In this document: positions 16,001 through 24,202 of the stretch, one piece after another
Layout of the letters: the number at the start of each line of letters is the position of its first letter
Position numbering within the stretch: position 1 is the stretch's first letter
Made by a program: the position numbers and the translations under genes
DNA from: Phycisphaerales bacterium
Lineage (GTDB): Bacteria > Planctomycetota > Phycisphaerae > Phycisphaerales > SM1A02
Direction: 5' to 3'
Assembly (NCBI GenBank): GCA_007135295.1
Contig: SLJD01000366.1
Span: 1-26,712 of the forward strand
DNA: 26,712 nucleotides
Notes under the pieces: model-generated
The model's database searches: none
Told to the model about the DNA's origin: nothing
What the model saw: the letters and a program-made list of their open reading frames with translations, nothing else

Positions 16001-17812
16001 GGTGTTGCCCGCGTGGAAGCGATGATCGCGCTCGCTGAGTACTACGTCGACGCGAATCAGTTCAACCAGGCGGTGCAGATCCTTCAGGATGCCCGGCAGG
16101 ACCCCGCCGACGAGCAGCGACTGGCCGACCGCAGGCTTGGTGACCTCCTCATGTCGCACGGCCGGCACGCGCAGGCGGCGATGTTCTACAACAGCGTGCT
16201 TGAAGCCGATGACGATCGCGCCGTCCGGTTGCGGATGACCGAATCGCTCATTCGCTCGGGGCAGTTCGACGAAGCCCGCTCGAATCTCGATCACCTCATC
16301 GATCAGGCCGGCGAGGACATGGAGGTCGTGCTGCTCGAAGCGTCACTCGCCGGCCGTCGGGCGGCATACGCCATGGCGGAAGGCGAAGACCGGCTCGCTG
16401 CCCAGCGGTGGTCCGATCAGCGAGAATTGCTCGAACGGGCGGTCGAAATGAATCCGTCGAGCCCCACCCCGCACATTCAGATCGCGCTGAGCTACTACGA
16501 GGAATATCAGCGAACGGGGCGGCGGCGCCTGATCGATGAAGCTGAACTTTCGCTCGGGCGGGCGGAATCGCTCAATCCTGACCAGGTGCAGAGCCGCATG
16601 ATCCGCGCGGAGCTGCGCGCCGGCCGCGGGGATCACAGCGGGGCGGCCCGTGAACTCGGCCGGGTGCTTGAGCGCCGGCCGCACCACGAGTCAGCCCGGC
16701 GTCGACTGGTCGACATCCGTGTCGAGCTTGGCGAGTTCGACCAGGCCATCGAGGTCGTCGAAGACGCGATCGATCGCCAGCCGTTCCAGTCGCGATGGCA
16801 TGATCGGCTCGGCGATCTGCTGCTGCAGGTCGGGCGGTATGACGACGCGGTGGCGGCCTTCCAGCGGTCGTACGAACTGCAGCCAAGCGAGCCGATGCTC
16901 GTGAAGATGGCCGAGTCGATGCTCCGCCGCCCGGATCCGGACTACCAGCGTGCCCACGGTCTGCTCGGCCAGGTCGTCGGCGGCGAGCAGGTCAATCCCG
17001 GGCTGCGGGTGGTCTTCGCGGAAGCAAGTTACGGGCTTGGGCGGTCCGACGACGCGATCGACCAGCTTGAGCGCGCCTACCGGCAGTTCCACCAGTTCAT
17101 CGAGGAAGGCCGGGCTGGGATGCAGGCAATGGCCGCCTGGTATGCAGCGCTCGGCCGCATGTTCGTCCCTGACGAGACCGAACAGGCCGAGGAGATCGTC
17201 TTCGAACTCGCCGACGGCGAGCCGAACGCGTTCGAACTCGACCAGCTTGCCGAACTCTGGGAGAACACGCCGGACGGCGGGGGTCGAGCGGCGGAACTGC
17301 AGGAAATGGCGGTGGAGCGGCTCGAGACAGTTGATGAGTCCATTCGCCCCCGCATCATTCACCGCCAGGGCGTCTCGCTGTACCGCCGGGGCGAGTTCAG
17401 CGCCGCCATGCAGGCGTTCCGCCGACAGACGGAATTGAACCCGGCGGACCACAGCGCGCTGAACAACCTCGCCTATGTGCTCGCCAAGCATCTCGATCAG
17501 CCGGATGAGGCCCTCTCGCACGCCCGCCGCGCTGTCGACATGCAGCCGGAGAACGCGAGTTATCAGGACACCCTTGGCATGATCCTGATGCTGATGGGAC
17601 GGTACGATGAGGCCTACAGCACGCTGCGGCGTGCGATCGAGCTTGATGAGCAGTCGGCTGCGGCCCATCTTCACATGGCGCAGCTTCAACTGGAACGGGC
17701 GGATCCGGATCTGGCCCGTACGCACCTGGAACGGGCGGAAGAACTGGATCCGGACGATGAGGTGCGAGAGGAACTTGAGCGGACGCGTGAGCGAATCAAC
17801 CGCGTGCAGTAA
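13073..17812 (+). CDS. Very large (1579 aa) membrane-anchored TPR-repeat protein, PrsT-like
   Basis: N-terminal signal anchor and many TPR-pattern helices (e.g. AERAFDRAFEINPND). The C-terminal ALNNLAYVL...A..A....PENASYQDTLG resembles PEP-CTERM-system PrsT. GAGGG Shine-Dalgarno. Confidence 0.85.
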   Translation: MATRINTRFILILACAIMLAVATVGGLLFLQIRANPERNVQAGDHLMEEGDYERALNMYGRAVHRDPANEEYREKMKEALRHIRPTTTESAERYYQDRLALLNYEATHDRTNPEAHLRLIREFYDFARFSNSSSIWRQLADYADNMWHRLPDDEPQRVYARLYRGLAMYERADANTSDENDAAEEDLVEFLDAVPDSDLGWSRLIMGRLARAENSLARADARTAARFIGLADEAIEQGAENVDDGPALAVAKARRLIFQRSREEQPVADEQWVEAADRIAVRIRGVDDGFLVGDAVDVLRIIDRSEGLQRAVAILDDYLEDHPESLMHEFSAARLEYAMGEFDPARERAESLVQRDPLPVGLFSRVQHHLRGRAASLLVDIEFRRWELADLDERDGIAEQLQEDRDLLAQHATQREGDPIVIRADGKIAVAEGRFGDAASHFERLIEQGLESDMDVLRLSAISLEREGQLGLARRRMGQAFQQNPGNQWLAYQYARLSFQLQDFEDAQRAISVVMDANPHEDAVALQQAIEQAMTGEEAEPISLPGVLRQAYERFQSGDVSGARAMLMQAREDSPDNVEVVVALAQLSMMTGDLEASSRFVEEGLQLDSDNETLQRFSRWIDADDPVERIELVTESQFDDPAEQDVMTLVNLEQSADRWQRQLRAGLAPDGQNPDELQDQIDRARQRAESILAELDEDSANHPRLIEFQFERALEQGDWSEAQSLVDRAEQADADGAGGLVYQGRFQMQRGQYVDAVRTFISLTERRGFAAQSWRWLGMAYHAVGNYADAERAFDRAFEINPNDLLTLQEYGNMLLGAGDQQRALDLIRRARDLAPHNPTVRETWLQLEAQAGDRSRVLRERRELFEANPDNRENALRLADLLISTEPSRRLVLDDDGSPRYDGRRWEQMSRSRRQQLLEETARQWIDEGKQIVNQLVDAGYDDLDTLKMKARLLRREGEGREAVGLLEDAVENREGVARVEAMIALAEYYVDANQFNQAVQILQDARQDPADEQRLADRRLGDLLMSHGRHAQAAMFYNSVLEADDDRAVRLRMTESLIRSGQFDEARSNLDHLIDQAGEDMEVVLLEASLAGRRAAYAMAEGEDRLAAQRWSDQRELLERAVEMNPSSPTPHIQIALSYYEEYQRTGRRRLIDEAELSLGRAESLNPDQVQSRMIRAELRAGRGDHSGAARELGRVLERRPHHESARRRLVDIRVELGEFDQAIEVVEDAIDRQPFQSRWHDRLGDLLLQVGRYDDAVAAFQRSYELQPSEPMLVKMAESMLRRPDPDYQRAHGLLGQVVGGEQVNPGLRVVFAEASYGLGRSDDAIDQLERAYRQFHQFIEEGRAGMQAMAAWYAALGRMFVPDETEQAEEIVFELADGEPNAFELDQLAELWENTPDGGGRAAELQEMAVERLETVDESIRPRIIHRQGVSLYRRGEFSAAMQAFRRQTELNPADHSALNNLAYVLAKHLDQPDEALSHARRAVDMQPENASYQDTLGMILMLMGRYDEAYSTLRRAIELDEQSAAAHLHMAQLQLERADPDLARTHLERAEELDPDDEVREELERTRERINRVQ

Positions 17813-17862
17813 GAACCACTGAGCCGTCCATGCCGGACGGCCTGAGACAACAGGACAGAGTT

Positions 17863-20079
17863 ATGAGCAGCGTCACGACACAGAGCAGTCCGGCCCGGGG
17901 CGGCGGCACCGCCCGACCGCGCGGGGGTGGCGCGACCGCGGCACCGTCAGCCCGATCGATCGATCCATTTCGCGTGCTCCGCCGCCACGTCTGGCTTCTC
18001 ATCGCGTCGATCTTCATCGGGGCGGGGATCGGAGCGGCGGCGTGGTACGGGCTCGACCGGGCGTATCCGCTGTACTCCGGCGAGGTGCGCTTCGAGTTGC
18101 AGCCGGGCCTCAAGCAGTCCCGGGAGGTCGGCACGCAGGATTTTGGTCGCGAAGATGAGGTCGTCCGCCTCGGGCAGACCGAGATCAGCATGCTGCTCGG
18201 TCGTGATGTCCTGATGGAGGCCGTCCGCACGCCGCAGGTCGAGAACACCGAGTGGTTGCAGAGCTACACGCTGCCGGATGGCGTGTCGATCGACTACGAA
18301 AGTGCGGTCGATGACCTGCGAGACACGCTCAACGCGGGGCTGGTCCGTAATTCAAACCTGTTTCGCGTGGCATGGTCGACGCATGAGGCGGAGGATGTGC
18401 CCGTCGTGCTCAACCGGGTCGCTAACGCATACATCAACAAGCGGCGACAGATGGACGAAAGCCGCCATCGGGCGAACATCGAATTGTTCAACGAGGAGAT
18501 GAACCGGACGGCCGACGAAATCGACCAGTTGTCTGAGGAGATCGAGGATTTCATCCGCGAGCGCGGCATTACGGCGCTCGATGACCCCCGGTTCCACCAG
18601 ACGTATCTGGCGCTGAACAGCACCGTGCACCGAATCCAGGAAGCGACGGTCAACCTCAACGTCGCCCGAACGGAGTACGATCGCATCCAGCGCAAGCTGG
18701 AAGGCACGATCCGGCCGACCGCGGATGATCGCATGCGGGCGGAGATGGAGCCGGTGATCGCCCGGCTCGACCAGCAGGTCAACGAAAGCAAGGCCGCCCT
18801 GTTCTCCCTGCGCGAGCGGCGGATTGACCGCAACAACGACGGCCGGATCCGTGATCTCGAAGCCCGCATCCGCGGCTTTGAGGAGCAGCGTGAAGCGAAG
18901 ATTCAGGAACTGATCAACCGCAATCTTGAGTCCGATCTCAAGATGACCGCCGATCAGATTCACCGCTTGCAACGCATGCTTGAAGAGCTGGAAACGGATT
19001 ACGAGGAGAAGGATGAGTCCCTGCGCGAGCTGGCGGCGAGCTATTCGGAGTTCAAGGAGCTCGAGCGGCAACGCACGCGGCTCGAGGAGCTGCGCAGCAC
19101 GGACATGGCCCTGATCCGCGAACTGCAGATGCTCCGCCTGCGCGATGACGCCGCCCGCGTGCGCATCTGGCAGAACGCGCAGGTGCCGCGCCAGAAGTCG
19201 TTCCCGCAGCTCAAGCTCATGCTGCCGCTCGGCGTGATTCTCACGCTCGGGCTGACGACCGGCCTCGTGTTCCTCCGCGAGATGACGGACCAGCGCGTCA
19301 AGACGGTCAGCGACCTCGGCCTGATTCCCGGCGCTCGCGTTGTGGGCGTGATTCCCGACCGCGACGAGGATCCGACCGGCATCGACAACGTGGAGATGGT
19401 CGTCCGCGATCAGCCGTCCAGCGTCCTCGCCGAGTCGTATCGGCAGGCGTGCGCTCCGCTGATGAAGGTGCTGGACATGTCACAGCACCAGTCGCTGCTC
19501 GTGCTGGGCAGTCTGCCCGGATCCGGGACGACGACGACGGTTTCGAACATCGCTGCGACCTACGCCGCCGCGGGCCGTCGTGTCCTGGCGGTCGATGCCA
19601 ACTTCCGCCGGCCGGGTCTGGCCAAGGCGCTGGGTATTGAAAATCACGGCCCGGGCCTGGGCGATCTTCTGCACGAGGCGACGACGATTGATGAAGCGAT
19701 CATCGACGCCGGCTCGGGCGTGGATCTGCTGTCCTGCGGCACGGTGCCGCACCGCGTCTTCGAGCGGCTGAACACACCGCGGTTCGATCAACTCATGGCC
19801 CAGTTGCGGGAACGGTACGACCTGATCGTGCTGGACGCGCCGCCGGCGGTCGTGGCCGGTGAGGCGATCGCGCTGGCGAACAAGGCCGATGCGACACTGC
19901 TGCTCGTCCCGGCCAATGAAGCGCAGCGCGGCCTCGTGGCGCGACTTATCAACCAGTTGGCCGACACGCGTTCGGAACTCATCGGCATCATGCTCAACCG
20001 GGCGCGCGGCACGACCGGCGGATACTTCAAGAAGAACTTCGCCACCATCGCGTCCTATTCGGCGTCGTCCGAGCGATGA
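17863..20079 (+). CDS. Wzc/GumC-like polysaccharide co-polymerase with degenerate BY-kinase domain, 738 aa
   Basis: TM - coiled-coil periplasmic domain - TM, then AESYRQ, Walker A-like GSLPGSGTTT, A'-like VDANFRRP and Walker B LIVLDAPP. AGGA precedes the ATG at 17863. Confidence 0.9.
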   Translation: MSSVTTQSSPARGGGTARPRGGGATAAPSARSIDPFRVLRRHVWLLIASIFIGAGIGAAAWYGLDRAYPLYSGEVRFELQPGLKQSREVGTQDFGREDEVVRLGQTEISMLLGRDVLMEAVRTPQVENTEWLQSYTLPDGVSIDYESAVDDLRDTLNAGLVRNSNLFRVAWSTHEAEDVPVVLNRVANAYINKRRQMDESRHRANIELFNEEMNRTADEIDQLSEEIEDFIRERGITALDDPRFHQTYLALNSTVHRIQEATVNLNVARTEYDRIQRKLEGTIRPTADDRMRAEMEPVIARLDQQVNESKAALFSLRERRIDRNNDGRIRDLEARIRGFEEQREAKIQELINRNLESDLKMTADQIHRLQRMLEELETDYEEKDESLRELAASYSEFKELERQRTRLEELRSTDMALIRELQMLRLRDDAARVRIWQNAQVPRQKSFPQLKLMLPLGVILTLGLTTGLVFLREMTDQRVKTVSDLGLIPGARVVGVIPDRDEDPTGIDNVEMVVRDQPSSVLAESYRQACAPLMKVLDMSQHQSLLVLGSLPGSGTTTTVSNIAATYAAAGRRVLAVDANFRRPGLAKALGIENHGPGLGDLLHEATTIDEAIIDAGSGVDLLSCGTVPHRVFERLNTPRFDQLMAQLRERYDLIVLDAPPAVVAGEAIALANKADATLLLVPANEAQRGLVARLINQLADTRSELIGIMLNRARGTTGGYFKKNFATIASYSASSER

Positions 20080-20252
20080 TTGCGTCGGCCGGAGAACCGA
20101 TCCGGCGGGGCGTGCAGCCGACACGTCCCGCCGGCCCTCATCCGCGGCCGAACGGCGGCCCGGGAGCGCGACTCGATCGCCGGGGCAGGGAATGCTGACG
20201 TTTCGGCCGCGAGCCGCCCGCCGGCTCCGGCACAGGTCAAGGAACTGCTGTC

Positions 20253-21254
20253 ATGTCCGCCTCTGCCCAACCGCAACGATGCCTGATCACCGGCGGAGCC
20301 GGCTTCATTGGTTCGCACCTGGTCGAGCATCTCGTCGACGGCGGTCATCACGTGGTTGTGATCGACAATTACTCGACCGGCCGGGCGGAGAACCTGGCCA
20401 GCGTTCCGGCCGAGCAGGTTGAGATCCTGCAGGGGGACGTCAGCGATGTGCTTGCCCAACTCGACCCGACGCAGTTCGATGTGATCTACCACCTCGCTGC
20501 GTCAGTCGGGGTGCGCCTCGTGATTGAGCGGCCGATCGAAACGATCGAGAACAACGTCAGCCAGACAGCGGCGGTTCTTGAGTTCGCGGCCGGCGCGGCG
20601 GTTCCGATTCTCGTTGCATCGACGTCGGAGGTCTATGGCAAATCGACCAAGACACCGTTCGCTGAAGACGATGACGTGGTGTACGGGCCGACGATCTACA
20701 GCCGGTGGTCGTACGCGTGCTCCAAGGCGATCGATGAGTATCTCGCGCTCGCCCACGCCGGCCGTCACGGGCTGCCCGCGGTGGTCGCGAGGTTCTTTAA
20801 CACCGTCGGGCCGCGACAGGTCGGCCGGTACGGCATGGTGATTCCTCGATTCGTGGAGGCGGCGCTGTCGGGGACGTCGCTCCAGGTCCATGGTGACGGC
20901 AAACAGACGCGGTGCTTCTGCGATGTGCGGGACGTGGTTGAGATTCTGCCTCGGCTGCTGGCAAACCCCGCCTGTCACGGCCGGGTGTTCAACGTCGGCA
21001 GCGACGAGCCGATTGAGATCGGCGAACTTGCCGCAATGGTCTGCCGGACATTGAATGCCGACTGCCCGATCGAGTATGTCACCTACGATGAAGCGTTCGG
21101 GCAGGGGTTCGATGATCTGCGGCACCGGCGGCCGGATCTGACGCGTCTTCGCGAGGCAGTCGAGTGGTCGCCGCGATACCCCTTGGAACAGACGATTCGC
21201 GATCTGGCCGATCTGTATGAGCGGGGACAGACACCGCTGGAGTCGACCGGATGA
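20253..21254 (+). CDS. NAD-dependent nucleotide-sugar epimerase/dehydratase (extended SDR; UDP-glucuronate decarboxylase/4-epimerase-like)
   Basis: TGGAGFIGSHL, STSEVYGK, YACSK (YxxxK), RFFNTVGPRQ and QTRCFC. Substrate cannot be determined from the sequence. Confidence 0.9.
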   Translation: MSASAQPQRCLITGGAGFIGSHLVEHLVDGGHHVVVIDNYSTGRAENLASVPAEQVEILQGDVSDVLAQLDPTQFDVIYHLAASVGVRLVIERPIETIENNVSQTAAVLEFAAGAAVPILVASTSEVYGKSTKTPFAEDDDVVYGPTIYSRWSYACSKAIDEYLALAHAGRHGLPAVVARFFNTVGPRQVGRYGMVIPRFVEAALSGTSLQVHGDGKQTRCFCDVRDVVEILPRLLANPACHGRVFNVGSDEPIEIGELAAMVCRTLNADCPIEYVTYDEAFGQGFDDLRHRRPDLTRLREAVEWSPRYPLEQTIRDLADLYERGQTPLESTG

Positions 21255-22702
21255 ACTGGCTGGGCGCCCACATCATGACGCCGGCAGCGACGGCGGGGTC
21301 GGCGCTTCGTCCGTCGGACGACGACGGGTTCGGGGCGATGGCGGTCAACGCGCTCGACCTGGTCAACAGTTACTCGGTGATTTTTCTGATCGCGTTCGTG
21401 GTGACGCTGCTGAGCACGCCAGTCATCCGCCGCGTCGCATTATGGGGCGGGGTGGTCGATCGGCCGGATTCGATCCGCAAGCTGCATCGCCTGCCGGTGG
21501 CGTACATGGGCGGGGTTGCGGTGTTCATCGGTATTATTGCGGCGGTGGCGGCGAGTTACGTGTACGTCGACGGGATCACCGCGCAATTCGATCCCGTGCC
21601 GATCGCCATCGTGATCGGGATGGTCGCGATCGCGTTCACGGGCCTGGCCGACGACCTGTGGGGATGGGATCCGCGACTGAAGATCATGGGCCAGCTCATC
21701 GCGGCGGCTGCGCTGGCAGTGAGCAAGATCGGCGTGAACGTTGCGGCGGGGGTCCTCTGGCCGGTGGCGGACTTCTTCGGTCTGGAAAGTCTCGTCTTCA
21801 CGATTCCCGTGCTCGAACTGCCTTTCGATCTTGTGTACTGGACCGGGACGGCCCTGATCGCGATCTTCATTCTCGGCGGGTGCAATGCGGCGAATCTCAT
21901 TGATGGACTGGACGGGCTGCTCTCCGGGGTGGTGGGAATCGTCGCTCTCGGGCTGCTGGTGATCTCCGTGTTCATGGCGCTGCAGGCGTGGCCGCTGATC
22001 GACGGCCGGGAGCCTGTCCTCGCCGGGGCACGGCTGGTCCTTGCGTTCGCCCTGTTCGGGGCGGTTCTTGGATTCCTGCCGCACAACTTCAACCCGGCGA
22101 CGATTTTTCTGGGGGATTGTGGCAGTCTGCTGCTCGGGTACCTGTGCGTCGTAATCATCCTGATGTTCGGTGAGTACGGGCAAACGCACCTCGTATTCGC
22201 CGGGCTGATCGTCTTCGCCCTTCCGATCATGGACACGGTTCTCGCGATCATCCGGCGCAAACTCAGCGGTCAGCCGATGTCCGCCGCGGATGATCAGCAC
22301 ATTCACCACCAGTTGCGAAGCGCGTTCGGCGGGGGCGTGAAAAAGGCCGTCTTCGCCCTGTACGGGATCAGCGGGCTGTTCGCCCTCGTCGGTGTGCTGC
22401 TCGCGGCGCTGGTCATGTTCACCGAGCTTCGCGTGCGGGCGATTTATGCGGTGGCACTGGTGCTGTTTGGTTTCATTGGCGTCATCGCGGTGAAGGCGGC
22501 CCGGCGTCGGCATGAGGTCGAACAGCTTGAACACGAAACGGCGGCCGCTGAAACGGCCCCACCGGCACCACAACCGCAGGGGGCCGGCGAAGGTCCGCCG
22601 ACGGCCGCTCCATCGCTGGCGTCATCCGCCGCCGCGACCCGGACCGGTGAATCCGGCGTGGCCAGCCTGCCCGCCGAAGGCGCCTCCCGGCCGACCGCGT
22701 GA
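21251..22702 (+). CDS. wecA: WecA/TagO-type undecaprenyl-phosphate HexNAc-1-phosphate transferase (MraY family)
   Basis: GLADD, NAANLIDGLDGL, FLGDCGS and the WecA-type HIHH motif; many TM helices; ATGA overlap with the epimerase. The start could be slightly downstream. Confidence 0.85.
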   Translation: MNWLGAHIMTPAATAGSALRPSDDDGFGAMAVNALDLVNSYSVIFLIAFVVTLLSTPVIRRVALWGGVVDRPDSIRKLHRLPVAYMGGVAVFIGIIAAVAASYVYVDGITAQFDPVPIAIVIGMVAIAFTGLADDLWGWDPRLKIMGQLIAAAALAVSKIGVNVAAGVLWPVADFFGLESLVFTIPVLELPFDLVYWTGTALIAIFILGGCNAANLIDGLDGLLSGVVGIVALGLLVISVFMALQAWPLIDGREPVLAGARLVLAFALFGAVLGFLPHNFNPATIFLGDCGSLLLGYLCVVIILMFGEYGQTHLVFAGLIVFALPIMDTVLAIIRRKLSGQPMSAADDQHIHHQLRSAFGGGVKKAVFALYGISGLFALVGVLLAALVMFTELRVRAIYAVALVLFGFIGVIAVKAARRRHEVEQLEHETAAAETAPPAPQPQGAGEGPPTAAPSLASSAAATRTGESGVASLPAEGASRPTA

Positions 22703-22736
22703 CGCCCCGGCGCTGCACATGAGCGGGCGCGGCGGC

Positions 22737-22742
22737 TACACT
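22737..22742 (+). promoter_or_regulatory. Putative -10 (TACACT) for a separate LMW-PTP/FN3K transcript
   Basis: TACACT, then 8 nt, then ATG at 22751. No Shine-Dalgarno sequence. Confidence 0.45.
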
Positions 22743-22750
22743 TGCCGCGT

Positions 22751-23245
22751 ATGAGCGACTCGAATCGTCACCGTCTGCTGTTCATCTGCCTGGGCAACAT
22801 CTGCCGAAGCCCGCTGGCTGAAGGCATCTTTCTGCACAAGGCCAACGCACGCGGCGTCGCTGAGCAGTTCACCATTGACTCGGCCGGGACCGGCGGGTGG
22901 CATGTCGGCGATCCGCCCGACCCCCGCGCCCGCGAAGTCGCCGAGCGGCATGGCGTCAGACTCGTCAGTCGCGGCCGGCAGATCGAACCGGGCGACACTG
23001 ACCGATTCGACCTGCTGCTCTGCATGGACCGGGACAACTACCGGAAGGTGGAGCGGCTCGGCGCCCGGCCGGATCAGATTCACCTCATGCTCGAATTTCT
23101 TCCCGAAGATTCGCCTCACGAGGTGCCCGACCCGTACTACGGCGGCGACGACGGGTTCGACCATGTCTTTGATCTGCTCGACCGGTCGTGCGAGAACCTG
23201 CTTGACCAACTGACGGCCCGGCCTGAGCCGTCATCGAGGCAGTAA
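22751..23245 (+). CDS. Low-molecular-weight protein tyrosine phosphatase family, 164 aa
   Basis: FICLGNICRSP (CX5R), DSAGT and DPYYG. Confidence 0.95.
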   Translation: MSDSNRHRLLFICLGNICRSPLAEGIFLHKANARGVAEQFTIDSAGTGGWHVGDPPDPRAREVAERHGVRLVSRGRQIEPGDTDRFDLLLCMDRDNYRKVERLGARPDQIHLMLEFLPEDSPHEVPDPYYGGDDGFDHVFDLLDRSCENLLDQLTARPEPSSRQ

Positions 23246-23304
23246 ACGAGTGCCGCCGCGGCGCAATTCACCTCAGGAACGAGCAGCCGGAGTCGACGGA
23301 CGGA

Positions 23305-24192
23305 ATGACACGTCAGGCGATTGAGCACGCCATCGAAGCCGCCGGGATTAAGGCCGCCGTCACGCGGCTGAGTGACCTGTCCGGCGGGTGCATTCATCAG
23401 GTTAGCCGGGTGGACCTTGACGACGGCCGCACGCTCGTCGCGAAACTGACCAATGCGTCACAGCGCGGGCTGTTCGAGGAAGAGGCCGTCGGCCTGACCG
23501 CGCTGGCGGAGACGAACACGGTCCTTGTGCCGTACGCGCTGCACACCGGCGAGTACGACGGCCGGGCGGTCCTGCTCATGACGCACGTCGACCCCGGGCC
23601 GCGCGACGACGGGGCGTATCGCCGTCTCGGCGAGGAGCTGGCGGCGATGCATCGGACGGACGTCGGCCAGCGGTACGGTTTCGCGCATGACAACCATCTC
23701 GGCACGACGCCCCAGCCGAACACCTGGCACGACGACTGGGTCGAGTTCAACCGCAACTGCCGGCTCGGCCATCAGTTGAATCTCGCCAAAGCCGGGCGGG
23801 CCATGTCCAGCGATGAACTGAAGACGGTCGAACGCGTGATCGACCGCCTCGATCAGATCCTGCCGCACCGCCCGTTTCCCTCGCTGCTGCACGGCGACCT
23901 CTGGGCGGGGAACGCGATGCCCGGCGTGGACGAGGATGGTTCGCCGCGCGTCGCCGTCATTGATCCGGCGTGTTCGATCGGCGACGGCTGGGCCGACATC
24001 GCGATGATGCAGTTGTTTGGCGGGTTTCCGGCGTCATGTTTCGAGGCGTACAGCGCGCAGATCCACGATCATAACGAGGTGGATCGCCGGATCGCTGCGT
24101 ACCAGCTGTATCACGTGCTCAACCACGTCAACCTGTTTGGCCGGGGATACGCCCGGCAGGCCGTCGCGCTGGCGCAGCAACTGGCGGCATGA
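23305..24192 (+). CDS. Fructosamine/ketosamine-3-kinase family protein
   Basis: LSGGCIH, F.EEA.GL.AL, YGFAHDNHLGTTPQPN.W, SLLHGDLWAGN, IDPA...D...DIAM..LFGGF and YQLYHVLNH.NLFG..Y. Confidence 0.92.
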   Translation: MTRQAIEHAIEAAGIKAAVTRLSDLSGGCIHQVSRVDLDDGRTLVAKLTNASQRGLFEEEAVGLTALAETNTVLVPYALHTGEYDGRAVLLMTHVDPGPRDDGAYRRLGEELAAMHRTDVGQRYGFAHDNHLGTTPQPNTWHDDWVEFNRNCRLGHQLNLAKAGRAMSSDELKTVERVIDRLDQILPHRPFPSLLHGDLWAGNAMPGVDEDGSPRVAVIDPACSIGDGWADIAMMQLFGGFPASCFEAYSAQIHDHNEVDRRIAAYQLYHVLNHVNLFGRGYARQAVALAQQLAA

Positions 24193-24202
24193 CCAATCGC
24201 GC

